Origin: Lama guanicoe
Taxonomy: Eukaryota
Assembly (NCBI GenBank): GCA_013239625.1
Contig: MU056050.1
Span: 6,403,715-6,467,714, forward strand
Reading direction: 5' to 3'
Length of the DNA: 64,000 bases
This document shows, one piece after another, positions 49,240 to 61,100 of this stretch; within the stretch, counting starts at the first letter, position 1, and every line of letters begins with the position of its first letter. The translations under genes and the position numbers were made by a program. The notes beneath the pieces are model-generated. The model worked only from the letters and a program-made list of their open reading frames with translations, ran no database searches and was not told the origin of the DNA.

Positions 49240-49420
49240 CTGCACTTTCCAATACGATAGATACTAACAGCATTTAAAATAAAATGAAAAATTCATTTCC
49301 TCGGTGGCACTGGCCACATTGCAATTGCTCAGTAGCCAGCTGTGGCTGGGGGCTACTGTATTAGACAGCACAGACTAGAACCTTCTGATCACTGCAGGAA
49401 GTTCTATCGGACAGTGCTGG
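49240..49420. mobile_element. MER3-like hAT DNA transposon
   Basis: ctgcactttccaatacgatag...ggccacatt...gctcagtagccagctgtggct...gctactgtattagacagcacag...gaagttctatcggacagtgctg. Confidence 0.75.
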
Positions 49421-51149
49421 GTTAGAGCACTCCATCATTCTACTTTTTTTCTCTGATTTTTTCCCCCATCTTACCTGGTCTTCAATACACACGAGGGAAC
49501 AACATACAAAGGCAAGCCCAATACAAATGTAAGGCAAGCAACTCTCAGTAACTAGAAGGCAGGCATGTAGAGCAAGATTGAAAGAGCTGGCCACGTGAGA
49601 GAACTATGTTTTAATTCAATCCTTCTATCCATTTAACCAAATAACATCCATTTTTCCAGTCCTAGATCCAAGAGCTCATCTCCCTACTTTCTCAGGCCAG
49701 TCTTGCCCTCCGTGACTTTGTCTCCTTCCTCACAGTGATGCTTGGAACTGTCATCGGCAGTTATTCTGACATGCCCTTTTATATCTGCATGCCGTGCTCT
49801 GCGGGCCTGTGGAGAGGGTCCACCCACCGTGTACCCATTCTGGAACCCAAGATCGTGAGGCAAGGGATGCAACTCTGAAACCCCGGTGGGCTCTTGTTGA
49901 TCTCAATAGCATATTCAGCCGACCGGTTTTCATACCTGTCTCCACCAGACTTGAAGGTCACTGGAATGATAGCAGCCCGTGAGTGCCTGACACAAAGTTG
50001 GCACTTGGAGACGGCTTGTTGTAGAAATAAATCACAGTTGGTAGAAATGTGTGCTGTCTTTTGTTCAGGAAGATTACACTGTTGAGTCAGTCTCAGCAGA
50101 ATAAATGTTTAAGAGTGTTTTTCCAGGGGTGGGGAGGAGGTACAGGAAGCCATCCCCACCCTCCTGCCCCGAGGCAGCAGTGGCCGTGAAGTGTACCACT
50201 GCACCTGGGGCTCAGGCCTGTGGTCAGGGGTCTTCATGACTCTGTTTCCAATCAAGTTCAAGGGCACTCCTGATGACAAGGGTAGGATTCAGTGTACTGT
50301 TGGGGACAGAGATGAGATAGCTGACTTATGTGACTCCAACCTGTGGCTTTTTGCCTTCCTTGGTGCTGGGTACAAGCTCTTCAGTTCCACTTAGTGTCCT
50401 ATGTCATCACCGCCATCCACTGCTACTTGGTTGACATGTCCGGCTCCCTGCCCTCTGAGTTTGAGTGAGCCAGGTGTTGTATTAGAAAGAACTCAACTTT
50501 GGGGATTTCAAACAACCAAATTCAAATCATGCTCCTCAATCTCATTGCTTAGCTGTGCGACTTTGAGGGAGTTATTTAACCTCTCTGAGCTTAAATTTCT
50601 TCCGCTGTTAAATGAGGGTAACAATAGTACATACCTTATTATGTTGGGAAATTAACAAAATAATGCCCGCAAAGGACTTAGCACAGGCCCCAGCCCACAG
50701 GAGTTGCCCATTCAATGTTTGTTTTCTCCTCTTCCTGGTATGTCCCCCACCCACCCTTGGGCTCTGGCCTCTGACCTCTTGGAACTGATTAGGAAGGAAT
50801 AGCTCTGTCTTTGCTGTGTTCCATCCACACCTGTCTTCTTAGTAGCCATCAAAACTGCTCACTGTCTTATTCCCCCAAAGCACCAGTCTCCACCGGGGCT
50901 AATCTGATGAAGGCACTTGATCCAGGGAGTTAAGGCATGATAGTGGTTTGAGGTTTTGCCTCCCAGGTATGGTATTATGATAGTCATCCTATGAAGTATG
51001 TCCTATTCCCCAAAGTAATATCAGGTTCCACCTTTTCAAGCAAGGAGATATTTTAGTGACTTTCATTTGGCTGCTCTACATAGAGCTCACCTTGCTTCAA
51101 AGTCAACTCAAAAAGGGATCCCCTCTGGCAACTTACAACCCAACTTCTA

Positions 51150-51769
51150 CTTTTTTAAAATTTTTATTGAGGTATAGTTGATTTACAATATTGTATTAGT
51201 TTTAGGTATACAACATAGTGATTCAACATTTTTATAGACTATATTTCGTTTAAAGTTATTATAAAATATTGGCTATCTTCCCTGTGCTCTATAATATATC
51301 CTTGTATAGCTTCTTGTCCTTTTGGCTAAGATCAAGTATAATATATCCTTGTAGCTTATTTATTTTATACCTAGCAGTCTGTACCTCTTACTCCCCTTCG
51401 CCTATTTTGCACCCCTCTTCCCTCTCCCCACTGGTAACCACTAGTTTGTTCTCTATATCTGTGAATCTATTTCAGTTTTGTTATATGTATTCACTTGTTT
51501 TATTTTTTAGATTCCATATATAAGTGATATCTTACAGTATTTGTCTTTCTCTGTCTGACATTTCTCTAAGCATAATACTTTCCAGGTCCATCCATGTTGT
51601 TGCAAATGGTATTATTTCATTCTTTTTTTATGGCTGAGTCATGTTCCACTGTATATATGTACCATATCTTCTTTATCTGGTCATCTGTTGATAGGCAGGT
51701 TACTTCCATAACTATTGTAAATAATGCTGCAATGGGGCAGATGTACCTTTTCGAATTAGTGTTTTCATT
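51150..51769 (-). mobile_element. L1 3' end (L1MA9/artiodactyl type) hosting the U2 fragment
   Basis: tttttattgaggtatagttgatttacaata...tttagattccatatataagtgata...tccatccatgttgttgcaaatgg. Flanked by caacccaactt on both sides (~51135 and ~51771). Confidence 0.85.
51306..51336 (+). pseudogene. 5'-fragment (tailless) U2 snRNA retropseudogene
   Basis: ATAGCTTCTTGTCCTTTTGGCTAAGATCAAG matches U2 nt 1-31 (ATCGCTTCTCGGCCTTTTGGCTAAGATCAAG) at 28/31. Flanked by the direct repeat TATAATATATCCTTGT at 51290-51305 and 51337-51352. Confidence 0.9.
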
Positions 51770-54567
51770 GCAACCCAACTTTCAACCCACAGGTTCAGCC
51801 ACTGAAGCCTCAGTGCAATCCTGTTGTAGCCCATTCCTCTCTGCCTGTCCCCACAGAGGAGGAGGAGGGGGAAGGGGGGGAGGAGGAGGTGGAGGATGTA
51901 GCTAAAATTTACTGAGCATGTGCTACAAGTCAAGCACTTTTCTAAATGCCTTACATGCATTAACTCATTTAATCCTCAGACCTATGAAGTAATCCTACCC
52001 CTTAGCATTCCCATTTTACAGATGAGGCAACTAAGGCTAATGGAAGTTATTTCCCCAGGTCTACCTAACCTAGAAGCCCACACACTTCCATCGCTGAGCT
52101 TTGAGAAGTAAATTCTCACTTTTCTGGGCCCATATATCACTTTATTTGCACTTCTAAAACCAAACTCATAACTGTCTTGAATCAAATTAGGAAGCAGCGC
52201 AACACAGTGGTTAAGCACATGAGTTCTGGAATAAGGTCATTCTGTCACTTACTAAATGGGTAACTTTGGGCAATTTATTTATGCTTTCTGAGCCTTAGGT
52301 TCCTCATCTGAATAAAAGGGCTTAGCTCCCTGAGTTATGGGAAGACTTAAACAAATCAGTACCTAGGAAGTGCTTGGTACACTGCTTGGTCCTCCTAGTA
52401 AGGCAAGCCTCATATAAATGTTATATATTCTCATAGGTGTTTGTGTATGTCTTACCAATACTACAAGATAGTAAGACTATGTCTTATTCATTTTTGTGTT
52501 CTCACCAGCAGTGCTAATGCCCAAAGCAAATACTCAATAAATATTCATTGACTGCAGGAAGGAATTGTATAGCCATGTTAATAATCACTCTGGGTTTATG
52601 ATACATATCAAGTATCCTTATTTGGGCAAAATCACCATAGCTTGCCTGACAAGCTCTGAGATGGGTCTGCACCAACAGTTTGCAGAAATAACCTAAAGAC
52701 GTGAACCCCACCCCCACCCCGCATTGGTAGTGGCTATTTTGACTGGAGTAACATAAAAAGTGAAGTGGGGAGCGGACACCTGGAGAATGGTGAGCCTGGT
52801 CAGTAATCAGAGAAATCCCATAACAGAGAGTCCCATCCCCTTCATTATGGAGAGGCAGAAAGTGAGGCCTGGAAAGAAATAGTGACTTGCCCAAGGTTAC
52901 ACAGAAAGCTGATGGCTAAGTCAGGACAGAGATCTAGGTCCAATTAACTCCTGCCCCCTGTTTTTCCCTCAGTGCCTTCCCGGCATACAGCTCTCGCTCA
53001 TTCACTGGCTGAGCAGTGCTCCAGCTGACTGTGAAGGCACTCACCACGCTGTAGTTAGGCGCGGGACTCTCAGTCCACAATCAGCCTTTCTGGAGCACCT
53101 CATAATAATAAACCTTTCCAATATCACTCATCCAATTTGTTCCTTATGACATGAGCTAAATTAATGATCAAAGAAGTTCAGTAGCAGCAACCTTGGTAAA
53201 AAATATTTAAGGAGAGCCTCAAAGTTTCCCCTGTCTCTGGAGCTACTTAACAGGAACTTGACAAGCAGCAGAAGAGGCCAGCTGCTAGTTGATGCCTCAC
53301 TAACTAGCTCCTTGACAACTAGCTCCTGCCTCATTACTAAATATTTGCCTTTCTAATTCTATTGGCTAGAATTGGGCTTTCTAACTCATCTATATCCCCC
53401 AGAGCAGCCAGCACGATGTTTGCCATAGAGTGGATGCTGTGGGGATTAACTTTCCCACTTTGGGTGTGAGACCATGATGTTAATGATGTGTAAATTAACC
53501 TGAAACTTACTCTAGAAATCAAAAGACCCTAATGACCATTTGGAGGAAAAAACTTGGTTGCTTGGATTTGGGGACATTGCTAGGATTTCTTCAGCTAGCT
53601 GAATGATTCTCCCCTTGCCTTGGTGTCCAGTGCCTCCCAAACCTTATCACCAAGTGGATCCTAACCCTGGCCACAGACTAAGATCTTGTCTCTCACACCT
53701 GCCCTTTCCCCAAGCATGCAGAGTCAAACACTAAACATCATAAGGTATTGTTTTTGCAAAAATTAGGGGAGTAGCTGCTTTGCAGCATAACCACACTTAC
53801 CTCTGTTCACCTCCCTGGCATTTAATCCCATACCTCAGTCCCCCCACATGCTAAATCCTTCCACAGGGCACCTTTCAGCCACATCCAAATAGGTTCCAAA
53901 CGTCCCAGAAATGTTTGTGCAACTTATACGTTTATTCCAACTTCCTGGCAAACTGTATACATTCTCAGCTGTTCTTATGTATTGAAGAAATCAGTGATCC
54001 CCTTACAGATGCACCTCCCTTGACACATAACTATGTTCCTGAAAGGTATTATGGCAATGGAATTCAGATAACCAGCAGTATTTCCAGTGTTTTCAATGGA
54101 CTCACTGTTCAGTAGCCAAACTGGTCCTAAGAGGGATCCTCCAAAAAGGTGAAGAGTGGCTTCTGCACCCCCGCTGCCACCCCAGCCCCACAGAGTTGCC
54201 CCCTTTTCCCTGCATCCTGCCCAATTCCTTCTGATCCTTTGGCCTCGCCCAGAGGCACGCAGGTCCCCGTTCCTCCCTTGGTCTTTCAGAGCAGTTTCAT
54301 TTCCTTTGCACATCCTCTATGACGTCTCCCAGGAGCCTCCATCCTTCCTCTCCTCTAGGGTCTATAAATACACTAGTCCCCCAGGGGAGCCCTGTGAATT
54401 CCTTCCTCAGGCAGCAAGGCCCTGTGAACTAAGATGGCCACTCTCGAACCATCAGGTTTACTTCCAAGGTCCAGGGGGCCACTGAACCTTTCTTCCTCGA
54501 GCTTTGCTGGCAAATCTTACCTACGGTTACATCAGGTGGGATACTGTATGATCTCAAACCTGGTACC

Positions 54568-55352
54568 TTTTTAAAATTTTTTTTGTTGAGATGTAGTTGA
54601 TTTATAATGTTAGTTTCAGGTGTACAGCAAAGCAATTCAGTTATATGTATACATACATATTTTTTTCAGATTCTTTTCCATTATATGTTATTATAAGAAA
54701 CTGAATATAGTTCCCTATGCTATACAGTAAGTCCTTGTTGTTTATCTATTTTATGTATAGTAATGTGTATCTGTTAATCCCCAATTCCTAATTTATCCCT
54801 CCCCTGCCCTTTTCCCTCTGGTTACCATAGTTTGTTTTCTATGTCCGTGAGTCTATTTTGGGTTTATAAATAAGATCTTTATCATTTTTTTAGGTTCCAC
54901 ATATGCTATTCATCTTTGTCTGACTTACTTCACTTAATATGATAATCTCTAGGTCCATCCATGTTACTGTAAATGGCATTATTTCATTCTTTTTATGTCT
55001 GAGTAATATTCCATTATATATACCACAACTTCTTTATCATCTATTGATGGACATTTAGCTTGTTTCTTGGCCATTGTAAATAGTGCTGCTATGGAAATTG
55101 GGGTGCATGTATCTTTTCTAATTATATTTTTCTCTGGATATATGCCCAGGAGTGGGATGGCTGGATCATGTGGTAACTGTATTTTTAGTTTTTAAAGGAA
55201 CCTCCATACTGTCCTCCATAGTGGCTGCACCAATTTACATTCCCACCAACAGTGTAGGAGGGTTCCTTTCTCTCCACACCCTCTCCAGCATTTATTACTT
55301 ATAGGCTTTTTAATGATGGTCCTTCTGACTGGTGTGAGTCACCTCATTGGAA
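54568..55352 (-). mobile_element. Artiodactyl-type L1 3' end with TSD
   Basis: Well-preserved L1 3' sequence (atatgcccaggagtgggatggctggatca...ccaatttacattcccaccaacagtg). Flanked by ctggtaccttt on both sides. Confidence 0.9.
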
Positions 55353-55724
55353 GCTGGTACCTTTGTGTGCTGAGACAGAGCAAAGACTGTTGGAGACTAG
55401 GTGTTGAGTCTCTGGCCAGTTTGGATATGAGCTTAGAGATCTGAGATAATGAGGTTAAGTCAGAGAGATCATCTCAGTCAGCTTTGCTCCATCTCAAATC
55501 TAAGTTTGTACCCCTACAGTGATCAGAGACATCACCACATGGGTCTTAACCCTGGCCACGGGCTGAAGTCTTCTTGGCTTCTCACGTCTTTTTGTCTTTC
55601 ATATGTTTCCTGAACACATAAAGAGAGGGCCCAATAATCTACTATTCTTAAAAAGGCAACACTTTGGGGGAAAAAAAAAGAAGAAAGAAAAAAGAAAAGT
55701 AGCCGTTTTATAGCAAAATCCCAC

Positions 55725-56130
55725 GTATTAGTTTCCCAAGGCCGCTGTAGCAAATTACCACAAACTTGGCAGCTTAAAACAACAGAAATATACTCTCTGT
55801 CAGTTCTGGTGGCCAAAAGTCTGAAATCAAGAAAGCTCTAGGGGAGAATCCTTGCCTCTTTAGGCTTCTGATGGCTCCAGGCATCCCTTGGCTTGGGGCT
55901 GCAATATCTTCACAAGGTCTGCTCTTCTGTGTGAACTCCCTCTGCCTCTCTCTTATAAAGACACTTGTCATTGGATTTAGGGCCCACCTGGATAATCTGG
56001 GATGATCTCATCTTGGGATCCTTAACTTAGGTACATCTGCAAAGACCTTTTTCCAAATAAGGTTACCTTCACTGGTTCCAGTGGTAAAGACATGGACATA
56101 CCTTTGGGGGCTCCCATTCAACATGCTACA
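55725..56130 (-). mobile_element. MaLR LTR (MLT1-type)
   Basis: gtattagtttcccaaggccgctgtagcaaattaccacaaact...cttataaagacacttgtcattggatttagggccc...tctgcaaagacc...ttccaaataagg. Confidence 0.85.
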
Positions 56131-58189
56131 CCCCACTACCTCCATTCACATCGCTAGTGTGCTGAAATCCTAAAAGCATGAACTTTCTGTCAATTTTTCC
56201 TCCAAATAGCTCTCAAATCTGTCCACTTCTCTATATTTCTGCAGCCCCAGCCCCATTCAAGCCCCAACAGTCCTCAGACATCATTCTCCAAAGCAACTGG
56301 AATAGTCAGGCCAGTTCTGCTCTGCTTTCTGCTTGAAAGCCTTTTATGACTCCCCGTGGTGTAGAGGATCAAGATTCAATTCCTGGCCCTGGCCTGCAAG
56401 GCCCCGCCCACCTTGCCAGCCTTCTTTCTTTCCTCTCTCCCTCTTTCTATCTGCTACGCCATGTCCCTTCCTGTCCCAATGCCTTCCCAGTACTCCTCCC
56501 TCCTCTTGGAGAGCTCTCTACCCCACCCCATCATCTCCTGGTTAACTCCCATCATCCATCAGCTCAGCTCTAAGGTCAAATAACACTTCCTCAGGAGATG
56601 CTCTCCCTGGCCTCCAGACTGGCTGAGATTCCCCTGTAATAAGGTCTCTCATAGTTTGTGATTAGATTTGTCTTGTGTTAATGTCTCTCCCCATCTACCT
56701 CTCCCCTAACCCCACTAGACTGAGATCCATAAGGGCGAGGGCTATGGCTGTCTGGTTTCATCATTATGTTTCACACCTAACCAGTGCCTGACACATTAGG
56801 TGTTCAGTCATTATTTGAATGACTATATGAATGAATGAATGAATGAATGAATCCAAGTATCTGTGTTCATATCACTCATGTTCCTCTCCTAAAAATGAGA
56901 GAAAGCATGCCTGTCTCACAGGATGAATAATAATCAAACCGAGATCATGGAGGGGAAGGGGCTTTATAAACCGTGGGATGCCTTCCTAATTTAAGGAATC
57001 ATGGTAATATTGACTGATGTTATCAGCCTTTTGGGAGACAGGGCAGTGCACTGCACAGGGCCTGGGATGGTGGGAGAAGCGAGGGTAGAGGTGAAAAAGG
57101 ATATTTGAGGTCGACATTCCTCTGGATAAGAAGAGTTTATGTAGGCGCTCCACTGTGTAGGATAAAATTACAAGAGCACTCAATTCCCCTGCTTCAGACT
57201 TGAAGCTCCTAACTTATCACCCTCTGGGATCAAAAGAAAATGCCACTCTCCGCAGGTGTAAATATTGCCCAGAGTCACCTCAGGCATTTGGGGTGTTGAT
57301 TGTCTTCCTTTAAAGCATCTGCTCCAGGTGCAGGCTGAGGATAGGGTGACAGCCTCCTGGGCTGGGTCCATCTCGGCAGGTACTTTCCACAGGGTGATCC
57401 ATCAGCCGTGGCACTGGCTTAAGGCGCTGCCCAGCTGACAAATGACTTTGAAGCGTGCCTCTTGGCTTTTCATTCTTTCCCTCCCTTGCCTTCTTGGCTT
57501 TCACTGCAATCAGGCAGGGAGGGGAATCACCTCCTTCCTCCTGCTCCTGTAGCACGTCCATCTAAAAGTCATCCCCGGAGGTTTGACATTCCAGGTCTGC
57601 AGTGTCTTGCATTTGATTTCCCCAGACCCCATCAAATCATAATCTCCTTTCCTGCAGGGAAGAGAGACTTCCACCTCTTCCTCCATATCCTCTCAGCTCC
57701 TTGCATTTGGGTCAAGAGACCTAAAAAGGCCATTTCTCATTTCCACCTTGTCTTCCATTGTTTTTTCCCCTGGGATGTCTATGCATTCACGGCCCTGAGA
57801 TGCCTCACGGGTCTGGAATGTCCATGGCGAGCCAATCCTCTGAATCATAGATGTAAAGAAATTGGAAAGAGCAGCGCTCATTAGGCTGTCGTTTCCCCAG
57901 TTTCCTCCTCCGACCTGGACATCTTCCCGCTGGCTTGAAGGGACACTTCCCTGCTCTGTCATCCCACGGGGCTTTGAGGCTCTGTCTACACAGTCCCAGA
58001 AAGGTAAAGAACAAGGCATGTCTTTGAATAATTCAAGCAAAATCCCCAGTTTTGTCTCAATGATTTGGGCATCCTATTACAAAGCACCGTTTCAGTACAA
58101 GGCTTCGGGATAATTCCCTTTAGTGGGTGTCACAGAACCGGGGCTGGAAAGGACCTTGCAGCTCATCAGTTCAAAAACCTGCTCCTTGT

Positions 58190-61100
58190 TTATAGCTTTT
58201 TGGGGATATAGTCGACATAAAGTAACCTGCACAGTTTGCATGCCACGTGTGCATGGCACACACACAAAAATGTACAATTTGCTAAGTTTTAACATATACA
58301 TACCTCCATGAAACCATCACGACCATTGCGTTTCCACCTGCCCTGTTGTAATCCCTCACTCATCCCCTCCCCAGTCTCCCACCCTAGGCAACCACTGATC
58401 TGCTCTCTGTTACGGTACAGTTTGCATTTTCTAGAATTTTATATAAATGGAATAACAGTATGCATCTTTTTTTGCTGACTTCTTTCACTTCGAGGAATTA
58501 TTTTGAGATTCATTCATGTTGTTGTGTGTATTAATAGTGTCGTGCAGATCAGTAGGTTGTTTCTACTTTTCGGCCACTGTGAAAATGCTGCTATGAACCC
58601 TCATGCACACATTTTTGCATATACCTATGTCTTCAGTTCTCCTGGGTATATGCCAGTGAGCATTTACGTTCATACAGTAACTTTATGTTAACCTCTTGAG
58701 GACCTACCAAACTATTTTCCAGAGTAGCTGTCCCATTTTACAATCCCATGAGGTTCCTGTTTTTCCTCATCCCATTGTCTTAATGTTCATCTTTTTTTTT
58801 ATTTTAGCCATCCTAGCAATGTAAAGTGATATCTCATTGTTTTGATTTGATTTCCCCAATGACTACTGATATTGGCCATCTTTATACATCTTCTTTGGAG
58901 AAATATCTATTCAAATCCTTTGCCCAGTTTAAAAATTGAGATATAATTCACATACCATCAAATTCACCACTTTATAGTGTACGACTCAGTGGTTGTTAAT
59001 CTATTCATTAAGTTGCACAAGCATCACCACTATCTAATTCCAGAACATTTCCACTACCCCAAAAAGAAACTCCATATCTGTAAGCAGTCAGTTCACCCCT
59101 GCCTCCATTCCCCTAGCAACCACTAATCTACTTTATGTCTCTATGGATTTGCCTCTTCCATACATTTCATATAAATGGAGTCATGTAATCTGTGGCCTTT
59201 TATGAATGGCTTCTTTCACTTAGTATCATGCTTTCAAGGTTCCTCCATGTGGTAGTTTGTTTCAGCACTTTGTTCCTTTTTATGACTGATCAATATTCCA
59301 CTGTATGGATGTACCACTTTTATTTATCCATTCATCAGTTGATGGACATTTCAGTTGTTACCACTTTTAGAATATTATGAATAATGATACTTTAAATGTT
59401 TGGGCACAATTTTTGTGTGAACATGTTTTCGCATGTATGTATATACCTAGGATTGGAATTGTTGGATTGTATAAGAACTCTATGATTAACTTTGTGAGTG
59501 ACTGCCAAAGTGTTTTCCACAGTAGCTGCACCATTTTACATTCCCAGTAGCAAAGTATAAGGGTTCCAATATCTCCCCAAACTCCCCAAACACGTATGTT
59601 CCATTTTTGTTTTTATTATAGCCATCCTAGTGTGTGTGAAGTGGTATCTCACTGTGGTTTTGGAATTTGCATGTCCCTAATGACTAATGATGTTTCATGT
59701 GCTAGCTCACCATTTGTATATCGTCTTTGGAGAGGTGTCTATTCAGATCCTTTGCCCATTCTTTACTTGAGTTCTTTGTCTTTTTATTGTTGAGTTGTAA
59801 GAGTTCTTTTATATTTGGGGATACTAGACCCTTATCAGATATGATTTGCAAATATTTTCTCCCATTCTGTGCACTGTCTTTTCACTTTCTTGATAGTGTC
59901 CTTTGATGTACAAAAGGTTTTAATTTTGATTAAATCCAGTGTGTCTATATTTTCTTTAGTCGCTTTTGCTTTTGGAGTCATATCTAAGAAACAATTGCAC
60001 ACATATTTACAACTATGTTTCCTGCTAAGAATTTCATAGTTTCAACTCTTACATTTAGGTCTATGATCTATTTTGAGGTAACTTTATGCATGGTGTTGGG
60101 AAGGAGACCAACTTCATTCTTCTGCATGTGGATATCCATTTGCCCTAGTACCATTTGTTGAAAAGACTGTTCTTTCCCCCATTGAATTGTAAAGAGCATT
60201 GTTTTAAAACTTCAGTTTCCAATTATTTTTGTTGCCAGTATACAGAAATAAAAAGTGATCTCGTATTCCGAAACCTTACTAAAGTCACTTATTAGTTCTG
60301 GTAGCTTTCTTGTAGACCTCATTAGATTTTTTCTGCATAAATGATTGTGTTATCTGCAAATAAAGTTTTTATGTCTTCCTTTCCTATAAGGATGCATTTT
60401 GTTTCATTTTCTTTACTATTTGCATTGGCTAGAACTTCCAGTAAAATATTGAATAAGGGCAGACATCCTTGTCTTGCTTCTGATCTTATGGGGAAAGAAT
60501 TTCGTAATTGACCATTAAATGTTATGTTAACTGTAGATTTTTCATAACACCCTTCATCAAGTTGAGGAAGTTTCCTTCTATGTCTTGCTTGCTGAGAGTT
60601 TTCCTCAGGAATAGATGTTGGATTTAATCAAACCCTTTCCCTGCATCTATTGCAATAATCAATCATATGGTATGGGTTTTTGTTGTTATTGTTCATTAAT
60701 TTGGTGAATTATAATTGCTTGATTTTCTAAAGGTAAAAAAAATTTGCCTAGTCTTTTTCTGGTTTTGTTATCATCGTAATATTGATAATAAATATGGAAT
60801 TAATGGGGAAGCATGCTTTCCTTTTCACTTTCTGGAAGACTTTGTATAAAATTGGTATTACTTCTTTAAATGTTTTATAGAATTAACCAGTGAGGCCATC
60901 TGGCCATGAAGTTATCTTTGTAGTAAGGTGTTTAACTATAAATTCAATTTCCTTAATAGAGGGCTATTCATAGTACCCATTTCTTCTTGAGTGAGTTTTG
61001 TATTTTGTATCTTCCAAAAGATCTGTCCATTTCATCTAAGTTGTCAAATTTATTGTCAGAAAGTTGTTCATAACATTCCCTTAGTATCTGTTTAATATCT

